Source: a virus. Taken from it: DNA of 64,000 nt. The stretch spans positions 24,464 to 88,463 of the IMG/VR virus record IMGVR_UViG_3300025789_000822. One strand, 5' to 3'. A program made the translations under genes and the position numbers. This document shows positions 19,923 to 29,977 of this stretch, piece after piece (within the stretch, counting starts at the first letter, position 1; every line of letters begins with the position of its first letter). The notes beneath the pieces are model-generated. The model searched no databases. It saw only the letters and a program-made list of their open reading frames with translations, and was not told the origin of the DNA.

Positions 19923-21302
19923 TTAAGCGTTATTAACTGTTACGATTGGTAGACTTGGTGTGTAGTATGTATTAGCGGCTACAGCACTATTGAATGTACC
20001 AATTACATTAGGTTGAGCATTTGCAAGAATTGCTAAACCTGTACCTGAACCAGTACCTGTTGCAGTAAATGATGTACCAGTCATGTTGCCGGCTGCACCA
20101 ACTGCTGTCCAGTTTGTTGTACCTGTTTGATAAATTGTATATACTGTACCAACACTTAGTGAACCAGGAGCAACTGTTGCAGGGAATGCTTGTGAATTAT
20201 AATCACTAATAGTATCAAGATATGCAGTTGAACTATCAGCATAAGTTACTTGGATATTGAACGTGTTAGGTGTCAATGCCGCATTCGCTAAGTTTGCTGT
20301 ATATACAGGAGCTGTAATACCTGTTACAGTACCAGTTACCAAATATTTGTGTTTGCCTTTTTGACGAACAATATATCCTGCTTCTGGTAATGCAGCCAAG
20401 ATTGGATCGCCATAACCATTATAACCAGCCGCATTAACTACTGAGTTAGCACCCAATACTGCTTGATTTTGAATAGCATTAGAAGTTACGCTTGAGTTTG
20501 ATGTCAATACTACGTTTGCACCACCTGGAACTGCGGCAACAGTAAATGCAGCCGCGTTAGTAATATTTCTAACAAAGTATGTTGTGTTTGCTGTTAAGCC
20601 ACCAAATGCTGTGTCAAACACAACTGGTGTACCTGCTACCAATGTTTGAGCATTGCCTGAAGTACCGATAACGTTACCAGTAGCACTACTATTAGCAACT
20701 GCAACTGTTACATTACCTACGTTGTTTGCAATTGTACCTAACAAGTTTACACTATATGAACCTGGAGTACCTTGATATGCATAAAGTTGTGTACCATTTG
20801 CTAACGCACCAAAGTTAGTACCTAAACCGACAACTGTTGTACTAGCGTTACTTGCAAAAATTGTACCAGAAATGTTAGCACCAAAAGCAACATTAACTAG
20901 TGTTTGACTACCAATAATTGCTGTGTTACCACCAACAACACCAAATGTACTTGAGCCAGTTGATGTGTTACTACCGTTTGGATTATTAAATCCTGAATCT
21001 ACGATACCAACTGTTGCTTTAACGTTTTGACCAGTTGTAGTAGTAATTGACGGGAATGTTTGTGGTTGAACACTTAATTGTGTAGCTGATACAGTAAATG
21101 TACTTGCTGAAACGATTTTGTTGATGTAATATGTTACACCTGCAGTTAAACCACCTACTGTACTTGCTGTAGCAAAAGGCATGCCTTTTGTAACACCTAG
21201 AGTATTAAGATTGTTTGATACTGTGACTAATTGTGATGAAGCAGTTGTTGCTGTAATTGTCAAAACTGCTTGTGCTTTTGCGATCTTTAGAGGACGTCCC
21301 AT
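19923..21302 (-). CDS. Virion structural protein
   Basis: T/G/A/N-rich, repeated GGLTA.TTY(Y/F) domains, late promoter and structured leader. Confidence 0.65.
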   Translation of the reverse strand: MGRPLKIAKAQAVLTITATTASSQLVTVSNNLNTLGVTKGMPFATASTVGGLTAGVTYYINKIVSASTFTVSATQLSVQPQTFPSITTTTGQNVKATVGIVDSGFNNPNGSNTSTGSSTFGVVGGNTAIIGSQTLVNVAFGANISGTIFASNASTTVVGLGTNFGALANGTQLYAYQGTPGSYSVNLLGTIANNVGNVTVAVANSSATGNVIGTSGNAQTLVAGTPVVFDTAFGGLTANTTYFVRNITNAAAFTVAAVPGGANVVLTSNSSVTSNAIQNQAVLGANSVVNAAGYNGYGDPILAALPEAGYIVRQKGKHKYLVTGTVTGITAPVYTANLANAALTPNTFNIQVTYADSSTAYLDTISDYNSQAFPATVAPGSLSVGTVYTIYQTGTTNWTAVGAAGNMTGTSFTATGTGSGTGLAILANAQPNVIGTFNSAVAANTYYTPSLPIVTVNNA

Positions 21303-21321
21303 TTGTTTTTCCTTTAGTTAG

Positions 21322-21384
21322 TTGCGGGTTCTAGCCGCTACGCAGTGGGTACTGCATAAATTCTCACCATGAGAATGTACGCAA
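21322..21384 (-). ncRNA. Candidate structured 5' leader RNA (three hairpins)
   Basis: Three adjacent stems between TAAATA (21386-21391) and the RBS. Confidence 0.5.
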
Positions 21385-21430
21385 GTATTTATCTTTATTG
21401 CGTAAAATAATAGACGCTCTAAATACAAGT

Positions 21431-22375
21431 ATGATTAAAGAATACGGATATCGCTATACTGCAACTCAATCGATTGCAGACCACGAACACAATTGGTTAG
21501 AAAAATTCAAAATAGAATTGTCTGCAAATGAATATCAAACTAATTTATTAATTAACCTCACTTGGCTAGAACCTAAAGACCCTAACTTATTGCAATGGAT
21601 TAAAGATAACATCGAAGGTTCTACTAAAATTTGGCTTGCAGGGACTGTTGACGGCACTGAATGGTTTACACATACATTATTATATGCTGATATAATAGCA
21701 TTAAATTATCCTTTAGAGTTTGCAGGATTCAGTCCTACCCAATGGAGTTCTTGGATGCCCAAATGGTTGATGGAAAATAAACAATATACTGATAATGAGT
21801 TGCAGTTGAATAAAAATTTTAGTAATGTCTATTTGAGTTATAATAGAAAACCTAGACCACATAGAGAACGATTAGTAAACCAACTTATTGATAATAACTT
21901 AGATAATAGGGGTTGGATAACATACGAAAAAAATGTTTTTCCTAGTATCGACCAACGTACTGCTATCACCGATCAGCAATTACATTCTACTGATTTAAGA
22001 TTTAGTAGACCTGAAGACCTTACAAGTTTAGGTAATTTAGATGTTTGGCAGAATAGTTATTGTGTTATTGTAAGTGAAACTGAACCAACTGACAGCTGGC
22101 AATTATCAGAAAAGACTTGGAAGCCTATTATGGGTTTAAGACCTTATTTGTGGAATGCAAACAAGGGAATAATTGAAGTTGTTCGTAAATTGGGATTTTA
22201 CACACCTAATGATTTGTTTGATAATCCAAATTTAGATAACAGCACAGAATCAGTAATCACACAGTTAAAAGTATTATGTGATATGTCAAATTTTGAATTG
22301 TATAATCTTTGGCAAAAACAATTGCCTATGCTACAACACAATCGCCAAAGATTTATAGAACTTGCTAGTAATTAA
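21431..22375 (+). CDS. Glycosyltransferase-like protein
   Basis: SYNRKPRPHR, IVSET, LSEKTWKPI motifs; TAAATA-N5-ATG at 21431. Confidence 0.5.
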   Translation: MIKEYGYRYTATQSIADHEHNWLEKFKIELSANEYQTNLLINLTWLEPKDPNLLQWIKDNIEGSTKIWLAGTVDGTEWFTHTLLYADIIALNYPLEFAGFSPTQWSSWMPKWLMENKQYTDNELQLNKNFSNVYLSYNRKPRPHRERLVNQLIDNNLDNRGWITYEKNVFPSIDQRTAITDQQLHSTDLRFSRPEDLTSLGNLDVWQNSYCVIVSETEPTDSWQLSEKTWKPIMGLRPYLWNANKGIIEVVRKLGFYTPNDLFDNPNLDNSTESVITQLKVLCDMSNFELYNLWQKQLPMLQHNRQRFIELASN

Positions 22376-22929
22376 GTACCACTAGCCATACTTGATACCG
22401 GGGGCAACACACCAGTAGTACCGGTATTAGGATGATTGGCGCCCAATTCCGTAATTGAGAATGGGGCCGCTGTTTCACCTGACACATTGATATATGATAC
22501 AATGTTTCCCTGACCTACATAAAAACTACGTTCGGCTGTGCCAGGAGGAATGATTTCGCTATTTGCAGTTGCTACTTGATATGGAACACCAAAAGGATTA
22601 ATTGTATATCCAGCGCCACTAATTGCTACACCTGCGTTTGTAGTAAGTATAAGATTACCATTATTCGTAACACTTTTTACAATACCAACTGTTGCACCTG
22701 TAGCATTACCAATCCAATAACCAATGTTCAATTGTGTTGTAAAAGTGGTACTTGATCCAACTACTGCATTTGAACTAGTTGTGCAGGTAACAGTTCCTGT
22801 ACCTGCAACGTTTGGATAACTTGATACAACTTGTACTGCTGAGGTAGTAGTTGCAATTCTAACTTTGTCAGTTTGAATATTTGCTGAAGCGTTTGCTGAT
22901 GAACTTGCTGTATAAACGTATGATGACAT
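22372..22929 (-). CDS. Virion structural protein
   Basis: 185 aa, S/T/G-rich beta-type composition, late promoter. Confidence 0.55.
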   Translation of the reverse strand: MSSYVYTASSSANASANIQTDKVRIATTTSAVQVVSSYPNVAGTGTVTCTTSSNAVVGSSTTFTTQLNIGYWIGNATGATVGIVKSVTNNGNLILTTNAGVAISGAGYTINPFGVPYQVATANSEIIPPGTAERSFYVGQGNIVSYINVSGETAAPFSITELGANHPNTGTTGVLPPVSSMASGT

Positions 22930-22955
22930 TTTCTTATTCCTGTAATGTATTTATC

Positions 22956-25900
22956 TTAGAGTCTACCAATTGCCACTTCAATGACACCTTCGCCTTCGTG
23001 GTTCTCTAATGCTTTACCAATGATTGTTCCCATTTGTGGTGTAAGTGTTGGTCTTGCGTAGCCATCGCCACCGCTAATTAGCATATCACCCTTTTTAATG
23101 CTTCCGCGTACCTTAGTTGGTACACGTCCTTGTAGAGCAATAGCAACTGCGATGCCCGAACATGTTGAATTCATAACATAAGCAGGGTTAGTAGACACTA
23201 CGCCGGCAACTCTAGTTGTACCATCTTCTGCAACAGTAACTTCTTTCTCACCGCCAAATTCTAGTACGGTGCCCGGTTCATACTCTTGATCTGCTTCATA
23301 ATACTCAGCCAAGTCAGCATATGTTGCTTGTAGTCTTGAACCTGTAGTCAATGTCCAATTACCGGTGAATGTTGCAGCCGTTGTATTTGATCCTGCATTG
23401 ATAGTAGTTATACCATTCAATGTAGTGATATTGTTTTGTACTGCACCTGTTACGATTGTAGCATTGTTAGCATTTGCAATTGCTGTGTTAGATAATGCAT
23501 AATTAGCTGCCGCAATACCACCTAAGTACAATGAGTTGTTAGCATTAGCAACGGTACCTGTTACATTAGCACCTGTGATTGCTGTTAGTGAACTGCCGGT
23601 ACCGGTCACTAGTAAATAACTTGCTGCTGCTGTACCGCCTAAATAACTTGAGTTATTTGCACTAGCTACTGTTCCTGATACATTAGCACCGGCTACAGCA
23701 TTTGCTGTTGTTGCATATGCTACCGCACCACTTACATTGGCGCCTGCTACTGCATTGGCAGTAGTTGCATAAGCCACTGCACCTGATACATTAGCACCGG
23801 CTACTGAGTTAGCTGTTGTTGCATAAGCAACGGCACCACTTACATTAGCACCTTGAATGTTACTTAAATTATTACCGGCTCCATAATGATTACCTGTTAA
23901 GTTGGCTCCTGATATGTTACCTGTAACTGCAAGTGAAGTTAATGTGCCAACACTTGTAATATTGGGTTGTGCATTTGTATAAACTGTACCTGCTACTAGT
24001 GCGTTACCTACTTGACCTGTGACATTTGCACCAGTAATTGAACTTAATGCACTACCATTGCCACTTACGTTAGCCGCACTAACATTACCGATAACACTTA
24101 AATTAGTAAGTTGACTTAAGTTGCCTGTATCTGACAAATCAAAAATAGTTGTAGTGTAACCACTATTAACAATCTGTAAGTTACCTGAACTGTTTAATCT
24201 GAAATATTTGTGTGGATTAGTTGCGCTGACATTACTATTAGTCATAGTAATCATGCCAGCATAACCCGAGCCACCGTGACCATTGTTATTAGTAATAATA
24301 ACTTCACCGTTTGATGTTACGTTGCCATTTGCAACGAATGCACCACCGTATGTTAATGGGCCTGTGCCTGCACGCCCTAATGATGTAGTATCACCGTTAC
24401 CAAAAATGATATAAGCATTAGCACCAGAACTTTCGATACCTGATACTTGTAATGTGTCTACTACATTAACATCACCAATCCAAGCATCATCACCAACTTT
24501 AAAGTTTGTACCATTACCGTTATTGGTAGCAATAACTATTGAAGCGGTAATTGTACTTGCTACTCCTAAATTAACACCTACGTTTGCATTGCCGGTGATA
24601 TTGATATTTGTAGTTGATAAATTGCCTGTTGCAGCGTTGAATGATAAATTAGCATTTGCATATTCTGCAACATTTCCTGTTGTTGCATTCGCTAACATCA
24701 AATATGAAGTACCACTTGAAGTCGTAGTAATATTAGCAAAGTCTGTTACATTAGCGTGTCCAACATTCAAGTTAGGAACACGTGTAGTTGATGTTACAAT
24801 TAATGGTGCAGTACCTGTTGCAATATTAGAAACAAAATAACTTGCAGAGATTAAATTACTAGCAGCTATATTATTAGAACTAATGTTACCGCCAGTAGCG
24901 CCGCCACTTAAAACTAAACTGCTATTGTTTTGGTCATATGTAAAATTAGCACTACCTGCTAACAAATTATTGTTATTAAATTGAACTGAATTTGCAGCTC
25001 CTTGTGCTCCGTTGCTACCACTGCTACCACCAATTGAAGAAATTGCACGGCCGCCTTGTCCATAAACAGTTGCTGTTAAACCACTTGTAGTTTGTAATGG
25101 TAATATAGGACCTGCTGTACCGTTTGGATATAATGAATTTGAAACAGTAATCGTAGTAGCACTAGGGATACTGTTGATGTAATATGTTGTGTTTGCTGTA
25201 AGACCACTAGTAGATAAACTACCCAAGAACACAACAGGTTGATTTACTTCAAATAATACGTTAGCATTAGCAACTGAGTTACCAATGTTAATTACGTTTG
25301 TTGCTACAGTGGTAGCAGTAACATTATTGCTGTATGAATATGCTGTATAAGTAGAAGTGTTGACAGCATTTGAAAAATCAGAAGTGTTATAAAGAGCAAA
25401 ACTATTTGAAGTTTGTGCCTTTACATAGAAATTACCACCGTTTAATGCATTACCAATACTACCGGCAATATTAGGTGCACCTGTTATAGTGATGACAGAA
25501 CCATTGGTAAAATAGTTATTCTGTGTAGTAGTTACTACTGTTAAGTTTCCGGCGGTAGTATTTCCGTTACCTATCTTGATGTTCTGAATATAGGCAGTGA
25601 TTGATGTTTTGGGTGTCCATGAAAGATTACCCAACCCGTCAGTTTGTAATACATAACCAATAGCGCCGCCTGCAATAGTAACATTACCTAGATCACCTAA
25701 GTTAATATTGCCACCTGCATTACCGCCAGCATTTATCCAGTTAGTACCGTCAAAAGCAAGAACTTGTCCTAACCCAACGTCAACTGGGTTAATATTTAAG
25801 TTACCAACACTGCCATCGATTTGACTAAAACTTATCCCTGAATAAGATGTTAATACTTCGATGTTTTCATTGGGTGTTGTTTTACCAATGAATAGACGTT

Positions 25901-26000
25901 TTTGGTCAGTTGCCCAACCAAATTCTGCTTCGTCTAATTGTGGCAGGTCAACTAAATTACCTGACCTTTGTTGAATCTTTGATATTTGTACGATTGACAT
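22956..26000 (-). CDS. Tail fibre protein with C-terminal intramolecular-chaperone/peptidase G2-like domain
   Basis: N-terminal IQQRSG..LPQLDEAEFGWATD; G/N-rich repeats; C-terminal YADLAEYY..AGVVSTNPAY..IALQGRVP. Confidence 0.8.
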   Translation of the reverse strand: MSIVQISKIQQRSGNLVDLPQLDEAEFGWATDQKRLFIGKTTPNENIEVLTSYSGISFSQIDGSVGNLNINPVDVGLGQVLAFDGTNWINAGGNAGGNINLGDLGNVTIAGGAIGYVLQTDGLGNLSWTPKTSITAYIQNIKIGNGNTTAGNLTVVTTTQNNYFTNGSVITITGAPNIAGSIGNALNGGNFYVKAQTSNSFALYNTSDFSNAVNTSTYTAYSYSNNVTATTVATNVINIGNSVANANVLFEVNQPVVFLGSLSTSGLTANTTYYINSIPSATTITVSNSLYPNGTAGPILPLQTTSGLTATVYGQGGRAISSIGGSSGSNGAQGAANSVQFNNNNLLAGSANFTYDQNNSSLVLSGGATGGNISSNNIAASNLISASYFVSNIATGTAPLIVTSTTRVPNLNVGHANVTDFANITTTSSGTSYLMLANATTGNVAEYANANLSFNAATGNLSTTNINITGNANVGVNLGVASTITASIVIATNNGNGTNFKVGDDAWIGDVNVVDTLQVSGIESSGANAYIIFGNGDTTSLGRAGTGPLTYGGAFVANGNVTSNGEVIITNNNGHGGSGYAGMITMTNSNVSATNPHKYFRLNSSGNLQIVNSGYTTTIFDLSDTGNLSQLTNLSVIGNVSAANVSGNGSALSSITGANVTGQVGNALVAGTVYTNAQPNITSVGTLTSLAVTGNISGANLTGNHYGAGNNLSNIQGANVSGAVAYATTANSVAGANVSGAVAYATTANAVAGANVSGAVAYATTANAVAGANVSGTVASANNSSYLGGTAAASYLLVTGTGSSLTAITGANVTGTVANANNSLYLGGIAAANYALSNTAIANANNATIVTGAVQNNITTLNGITTINAGSNTTAATFTGNWTLTTGSRLQATYADLAEYYEADQEYEPGTVLEFGGEKEVTVAEDGTTRVAGVVSTNPAYVMNSTCSGIAVAIALQGRVPTKVRGSIKKGDMLISGGDGYARPTLTPQMGTIIGKALENHEGEGVIEVAIGRL
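23673..23852 (-). repeat. 54-bp (18-aa) coding tandem repeat, about 3.3 copies
   Basis: GANVSGAVAYATTAN(S/A)VA repeated in the tail fibre. Confidence 0.85.
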
Positions 26001-26040
26001 AAGTGTATTCTTACCCTAATACACTTATTTATCTAATTAC

Positions 26041-26727
26041 TTATAGGAATTTTGTGTAGTATTCTTCTAGTTTTCTAAACCATAAGTCTGTGTATTTGTC
26101 AAACTCAGCACCTTCAACAATAAATTCCTGATAGATAAAGTCTGCACTACACATAAAAATCACGCCCTTGCGAATCTTTGTTCCCCAAACTTCATTATGT
26201 GCGTTAGCATATGCGGCTGTTTGAATGAAGTAGTCATCAATCCATTCACGTTTTTTGGGCTTGTTGGTCTGCTTATGATCCATGATCGCTTCATCACCGT
26301 CATGCACTCCTACTAAGTCTGTTGTCCCTGCATAGACTTGTGGGAAGTACAAACTAACTTCTGTGCCCCAGTATTCATTGCATTTGCTAAGACCTTGATA
26401 GATGATGTTTTCTGCCATTCTATGACTTTGCACACTATATGGATTGCTACCAGGAATACCAAGTTTATCGGTTTTGATGTAATCTTCGAGCCACTTGTGC
26501 ATACGTGTACCGCGCCCTGCAGCCTCAGTAGTAATCTCTTGTGCTTTTTGTACACCTACACGTTTGCGCCAGTTTTGTAATGCTTGTTTGCTTTCTTCTG
26601 ACTTAGTAGCGTCCAAAATAGTTGTTACACTAGGAACTTTGTATCCATCGGGAGTAACGTATTTACGTGATCCATCGATAGTTTCTCGTTTTAATTGTAC
26701 ATAATTGTACTTATTTGTCAAGGCCAT
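26041..26727 (-). CDS. PD-(D/E)XK exonuclease (lambda-exo/MGME1-like)
   Basis: PSVTTIL, RGTRMH, YAGTTD, IMDHK, Q..AY. Confidence 0.82.
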   Translation of the reverse strand: MALTNKYNYVQLKRETIDGSRKYVTPDGYKVPSVTTILDATKSEESKQALQNWRKRVGVQKAQEITTEAAGRGTRMHKWLEDYIKTDKLGIPGSNPYSVQSHRMAENIIYQGLSKCNEYWGTEVSLYFPQVYAGTTDLVGVHDGDEAIMDHKQTNKPKKREWIDDYFIQTAAYANAHNEVWGTKIRKGVIFMCSADFIYQEFIVEGAEFDKYTDLWFRKLEEYYTKFL

Positions 26728-27523
26728 ATTTATATTCTAATCCCATTTCTTTTCTATACCATTGATTAGTTGACTCAAAATGTCTTTTATACTCTGTAGG
26801 ATAATCTTTTAATGACAAAAAGTTACCCTGTATAGCTTTTATTTCCCCGTAAATACTAACTAATTGCTCATAGATAAAATCTGCTAATACAACTTGTGCT
26901 TGCTTTCCGTGATGTGCCTTATCTAACGCTTTTGGATAGCATGAAGTTATTTCTGAAAAATCTTTTAATCTGCAAACATCGGTATCTACTCGTGATCTTA
27001 ATCCAATATAATTTTGATTAATATAATCCCTGGTATTTGAACTTTTATCTGGAAAATAATCTGACGTAAGATAAGGTATGCTATGTGATTTAAAAAGGTT
27101 TATAATAGAGTCCCAATATATTAACTTGCGAACTTCACTCTTCAATATCCCCACATCATCTAGTTGTTCAAATATAGGTTTAGCTACCAAGGTCGTTTCT
27201 TCGGTGTCTAAAAAAGAAATAGTATGATAATCTTGTATTTTTTCTTTTGCAAAATTAATTAGATATTCTTCTCGTCTAGTATTTTGTGACATTGCAACAA
27301 TGAATAAGGGCTTGCTATTCGTAGTTAGATTTTTATAAAAATATTCAAATGTTCTACGGTGTATACCGTCATTACCTGATCCAGGTATGGCAAGATTGAC
27401 AATAGGTACGCCTAACTTATCTGCAACTAGTTTAGGCCAACCTTCATTGGGCGGATCGTATAATGCTTGGCAATACGTAAAACTACAGCCCACTGTTACT
27501 AAATGTGTAATTTCTGTCGTCAT
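26711..27523 (-). CDS. SGNH/GDSL-like hydrolase family protein
   Basis: GCSFT, NLAIPGSGN, D..HH. Confidence 0.6.
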   Translation of the reverse strand: MTTEITHLVTVGCSFTYCQALYDPPNEGWPKLVADKLGVPIVNLAIPGSGNDGIHRRTFEYFYKNLTTNSKPLFIVAMSQNTRREEYLINFAKEKIQDYHTISFLDTEETTLVAKPIFEQLDDVGILKSEVRKLIYWDSIINLFKSHSIPYLTSDYFPDKSSNTRDYINQNYIGLRSRVDTDVCRLKDFSEITSCYPKALDKAHHGKQAQVVLADFIYEQLVSIYGEIKAIQGNFLSLKDYPTEYKRHFESTNQWYRKEMGLEYKYGLDK

Positions 27524-27849
27524 TGAACTCTAAAACTTTCCCCACACCCACAACGATCTCGTTCATTGGGATTGTTAAACTCAAAGCCTTCATTGAGGCC
27601 CTTTCTAACATAATCTATTTCCATACCTTCAACATAAACTAAGTCTCTACCATTAATATAGACATTAGCACCGTGATTTTCATATTTGAACCAATCACGT
27701 GTAATTGGTTCTTGATCCATATATTCTAATACATAGGCCATTCCACTGCAACCTGTAGTTTTGACACCAATATGAATACCCACGCCTTTACCACGCTTTG
27801 CTAACTGTTGTTTGATTTTTTTGGCTGCAGATTCTGTTATTGTAAGCAT
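27520..27849 (-). CDS. iscA: Fe-S cluster assembly A-type carrier IscA
   Basis: GCSGMAY, GLNEGF.F.NPN, CGCGESF. Confidence 0.93.
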   Translation of the reverse strand: MLTITESAAKKIKQQLAKRGKGVGIHIGVKTTGCSGMAYVLEYMDQEPITRDWFKYENHGANVYINGRDLVYVEGMEIDYVRKGLNEGFEFNNPNERDRCGCGESFRVQ

Positions 27850-27915
27850 GAAGATATTTATTTTATCCTAACATGCAGTATATAACAATTGTTTGCGAAA
27901 GTCTAGTATTATGGA

Positions 27916-28251
27916 TTATTTGTTTAGCGCATTTTGCGCCATTTGAGCAACGACTTTCTTTTGGTCGTCAGCTTGAGCAGGTTCAGCGTTTGGTGATTCA
28001 GGCTGACCTTTGAATGTGATTTTATCACCTTGTATGTTAGTGATAACTGATTTTAGTGGGGGAACCTTAATCATGTTGTACAAGTCATTCTTGTCAAGGA
28101 TAAGGTTATATTTTTGGAAATAGTTCAATAGGTCATCTACGGAAAAATCAGGGGGAATTTCTCCCTGATCTAATCCTTGTTGTAGTTGTCGTGTTAGTGC
28201 TACAAGTTTTGTAACAGTAGCACTATCCTGATCGAACTCAAATAATCGCAT
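27916..28251 (-). CDS. Putative head-associated protein
   Basis: MRLFEF N-terminus; 111 aa. Confidence 0.5.
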   Translation of the reverse strand: MRLFEFDQDSATVTKLVALTRQLQQGLDQGEIPPDFSVDDLLNYFQKYNLILDKNDLYNMIKVPPLKSVITNIQGDKITFKGQPESPNAEPAQADDQKKVVAQMAQNALNK

Positions 28252-28253
28252 GA

Positions 28254-28946
28254 TTATCTTTTTAGTCTACCGATACTTCCGGCTGGTTCTTCTTCTTCGG
28301 GTTCTGGTGGAGTTTCTGCGGTTAAGCCTGGCTCTTCATCTGGCATTTCCATACCAAGATCAGCGCCATCTTCTTCACCTGCTGTTGGCATAGGTTCGCC
28401 AATTTCACCACCGAAGTCTGCACCGCCTTGACCAGTAATGCTATTCAATGCACTCTTTAAGCCTTGTTCGCTTTGCGTCAATGCAGCCTGCAATGAAGTC
28501 AATGCTTCATTTGCTTGACCAGTGAATTGTTCACTTTCGTTAACTCCAATTTCACTTTGGATGCTGTCAGACAATGCTGGTAGTTCTTTAACTAGCATAT
28601 CGCTAACTTGTTCAATCATTTTACGCACTGAATCAACTAAGTCTTGTGCAGCCAAAACAACTTGTGATTTTTCTACTTCTTCGTTTTCAAATACGATACG
28701 AGGACTAGGTCTACGCAATAGTTGTGCAAAATGACTTGACAATGCTTGTTCCATGAATACTAATTTCATGTATGCAGGACTGTGTTGGTTACTTGCTTGT
28801 CTTGATTCTTTGATAAGACCGTGAACTCTGTTTAACATAGTTTGGGTCTTGATCTTGTCCAAGTTTGAAACATCGAAATTAAATTCGAAATTTTGTTTCA
28901 ATGCAGTAGACGCATAATTTTTTGTTTCTAGGTCGTTTAGTCTCAT
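28254..28946 (-). CDS. Putative scaffold/core-like protein
   Basis: Helical body with acidic Pro-rich tail; late promoter. Confidence 0.5.
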   Translation of the reverse strand: MRLNDLETKNYASTALKQNFEFNFDVSNLDKIKTQTMLNRVHGLIKESRQASNQHSPAYMKLVFMEQALSSHFAQLLRRPSPRIVFENEEVEKSQVVLAAQDLVDSVRKMIEQVSDMLVKELPALSDSIQSEIGVNESEQFTGQANEALTSLQAALTQSEQGLKSALNSITGQGGADFGGEIGEPMPTAGEEDGADLGMEMPDEEPGLTAETPPEPEEEEPAGSIGRLKR

Positions 28947-28976
28947 GGTTGTTATTCCGTGTTGATTATATATTTA

Positions 28977-29468
28977 TCACAATTTCTTAAAACTCGGGGT
29001 TTTGTCAAACTTACGATTTTGAATATATCTTGATTTATTTATGAAGGTTTGTAACTCTTCCGTAAGTAATCGTTTTTTTCGTGAATCTTCTTCCCATTTA
29101 ATGGTATAAATTAGTTTGGACTCAGCATTTTTTGCTTTTTTTGCTAGTTTTTTATGTATTTGAATGTTCAAATCATTACTAGATAATTTTAAATCTAATT
29201 CTAATACTTTGCCGGCTTCTCTGTAATATCGGTCATTGTCTAATGTACACCAAACCACTGCATTTTTTATAGAAAAGAATTCATATTGTTGGTCATAAGG
29301 TTTAATAAAAGTCACCAAAAAGCCACTTTGAGTTTTAGTGATTTTATATTTGCTAAACAATTCATATGAACCGTCATCTACTGGAATAACTATAACATCT
29401 TTTAAGTCATCAGGTATAAGTTGTTTATTAATAAACTGATCTATCTTTAATTTCTTTACATTCTTCAT
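28977..29468 (-). CDS. Hypothetical protein
   Basis: 163-aa ORF in operon. Confidence 0.6.
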   Translation of the reverse strand: MKNVKKLKIDQFINKQLIPDDLKDVIVIPVDDGSYELFSKYKITKTQSGFLVTFIKPYDQQYEFFSIKNAVVWCTLDNDRYYREAGKVLELDLKLSSNDLNIQIHKKLAKKAKNAESKLIYTIKWEEDSRKKRLLTEELQTFINKSRYIQNRKFDKTPSFKKL

Positions 29469-29908
29469 AGTACCTCAAAATGAATGTTTTTAAGTTCCGG
29501 TGTTATGTCTAAAAATGCAGGAGTTACATCATATTGACCTTTGCATTTAATCATCGGTACACCTTCACAGTCTGTGTATAATGCCCCTAGGGGAATTATT
29601 CCGTTCTCAAATACGCTTGGATGTTGAATTTCAAATTCAAACTTCCAAACTGAGTATTTCTTATCTTCTTCTTGTTCATAAAAGAAACCAAATTGATCAA
29701 ATTCATCAAAACGTATTTCTGTTTTATAAGGTACTTTAACTACTTCAGGTTGACTACGTAGTGATATTACTTGTAGTATGGTGTCATAGTTACATTGTGT
29801 ATTTCTATCATGTATCCATGATTCTACGTTGTCGCCCACAGGCTTAGACCTGTTCATTACTCCTGTTTGAGTAATATCAAAAAGCGTATAACAACATATG
29901 CGGTACAT
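29465..29908 (-). CDS. Hypothetical protein
   Basis: Start moved to ATG 29908 (TAAATA-N5-ATG). Confidence 0.6.
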   Translation of the reverse strand: MYRICCYTLFDITQTGVMNRSKPVGDNVESWIHDRNTQCNYDTILQVISLRSQPEVVKVPYKTEIRFDEFDQFGFFYEQEEDKKYSVWKFEFEIQHPSVFENGIIPLGALYTDCEGVPMIKCKGQYDVTPAFLDITPELKNIHFEVL

Positions 29909-29926
29909 AATGTTATTTAGAGCCAT

Positions 29927-29961
29927 AAAAAAACCCGAGAATTTAATCTCGGGTTAGTTTT
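29927..29961. terminator. Rho-independent terminator
   Basis: AACCCGAGA-ATTTAA-TCTCGGGTT with A/T runs. Confidence 0.75.
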
Positions 29962-29977
29962 TAGTTACAAACTAAAA

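Noticed and set aside
26041-26727. Cas4 / CRISPR-associated nuclease
   Set aside because: Lacks the four-Cys Fe-S motif and there is no cas context
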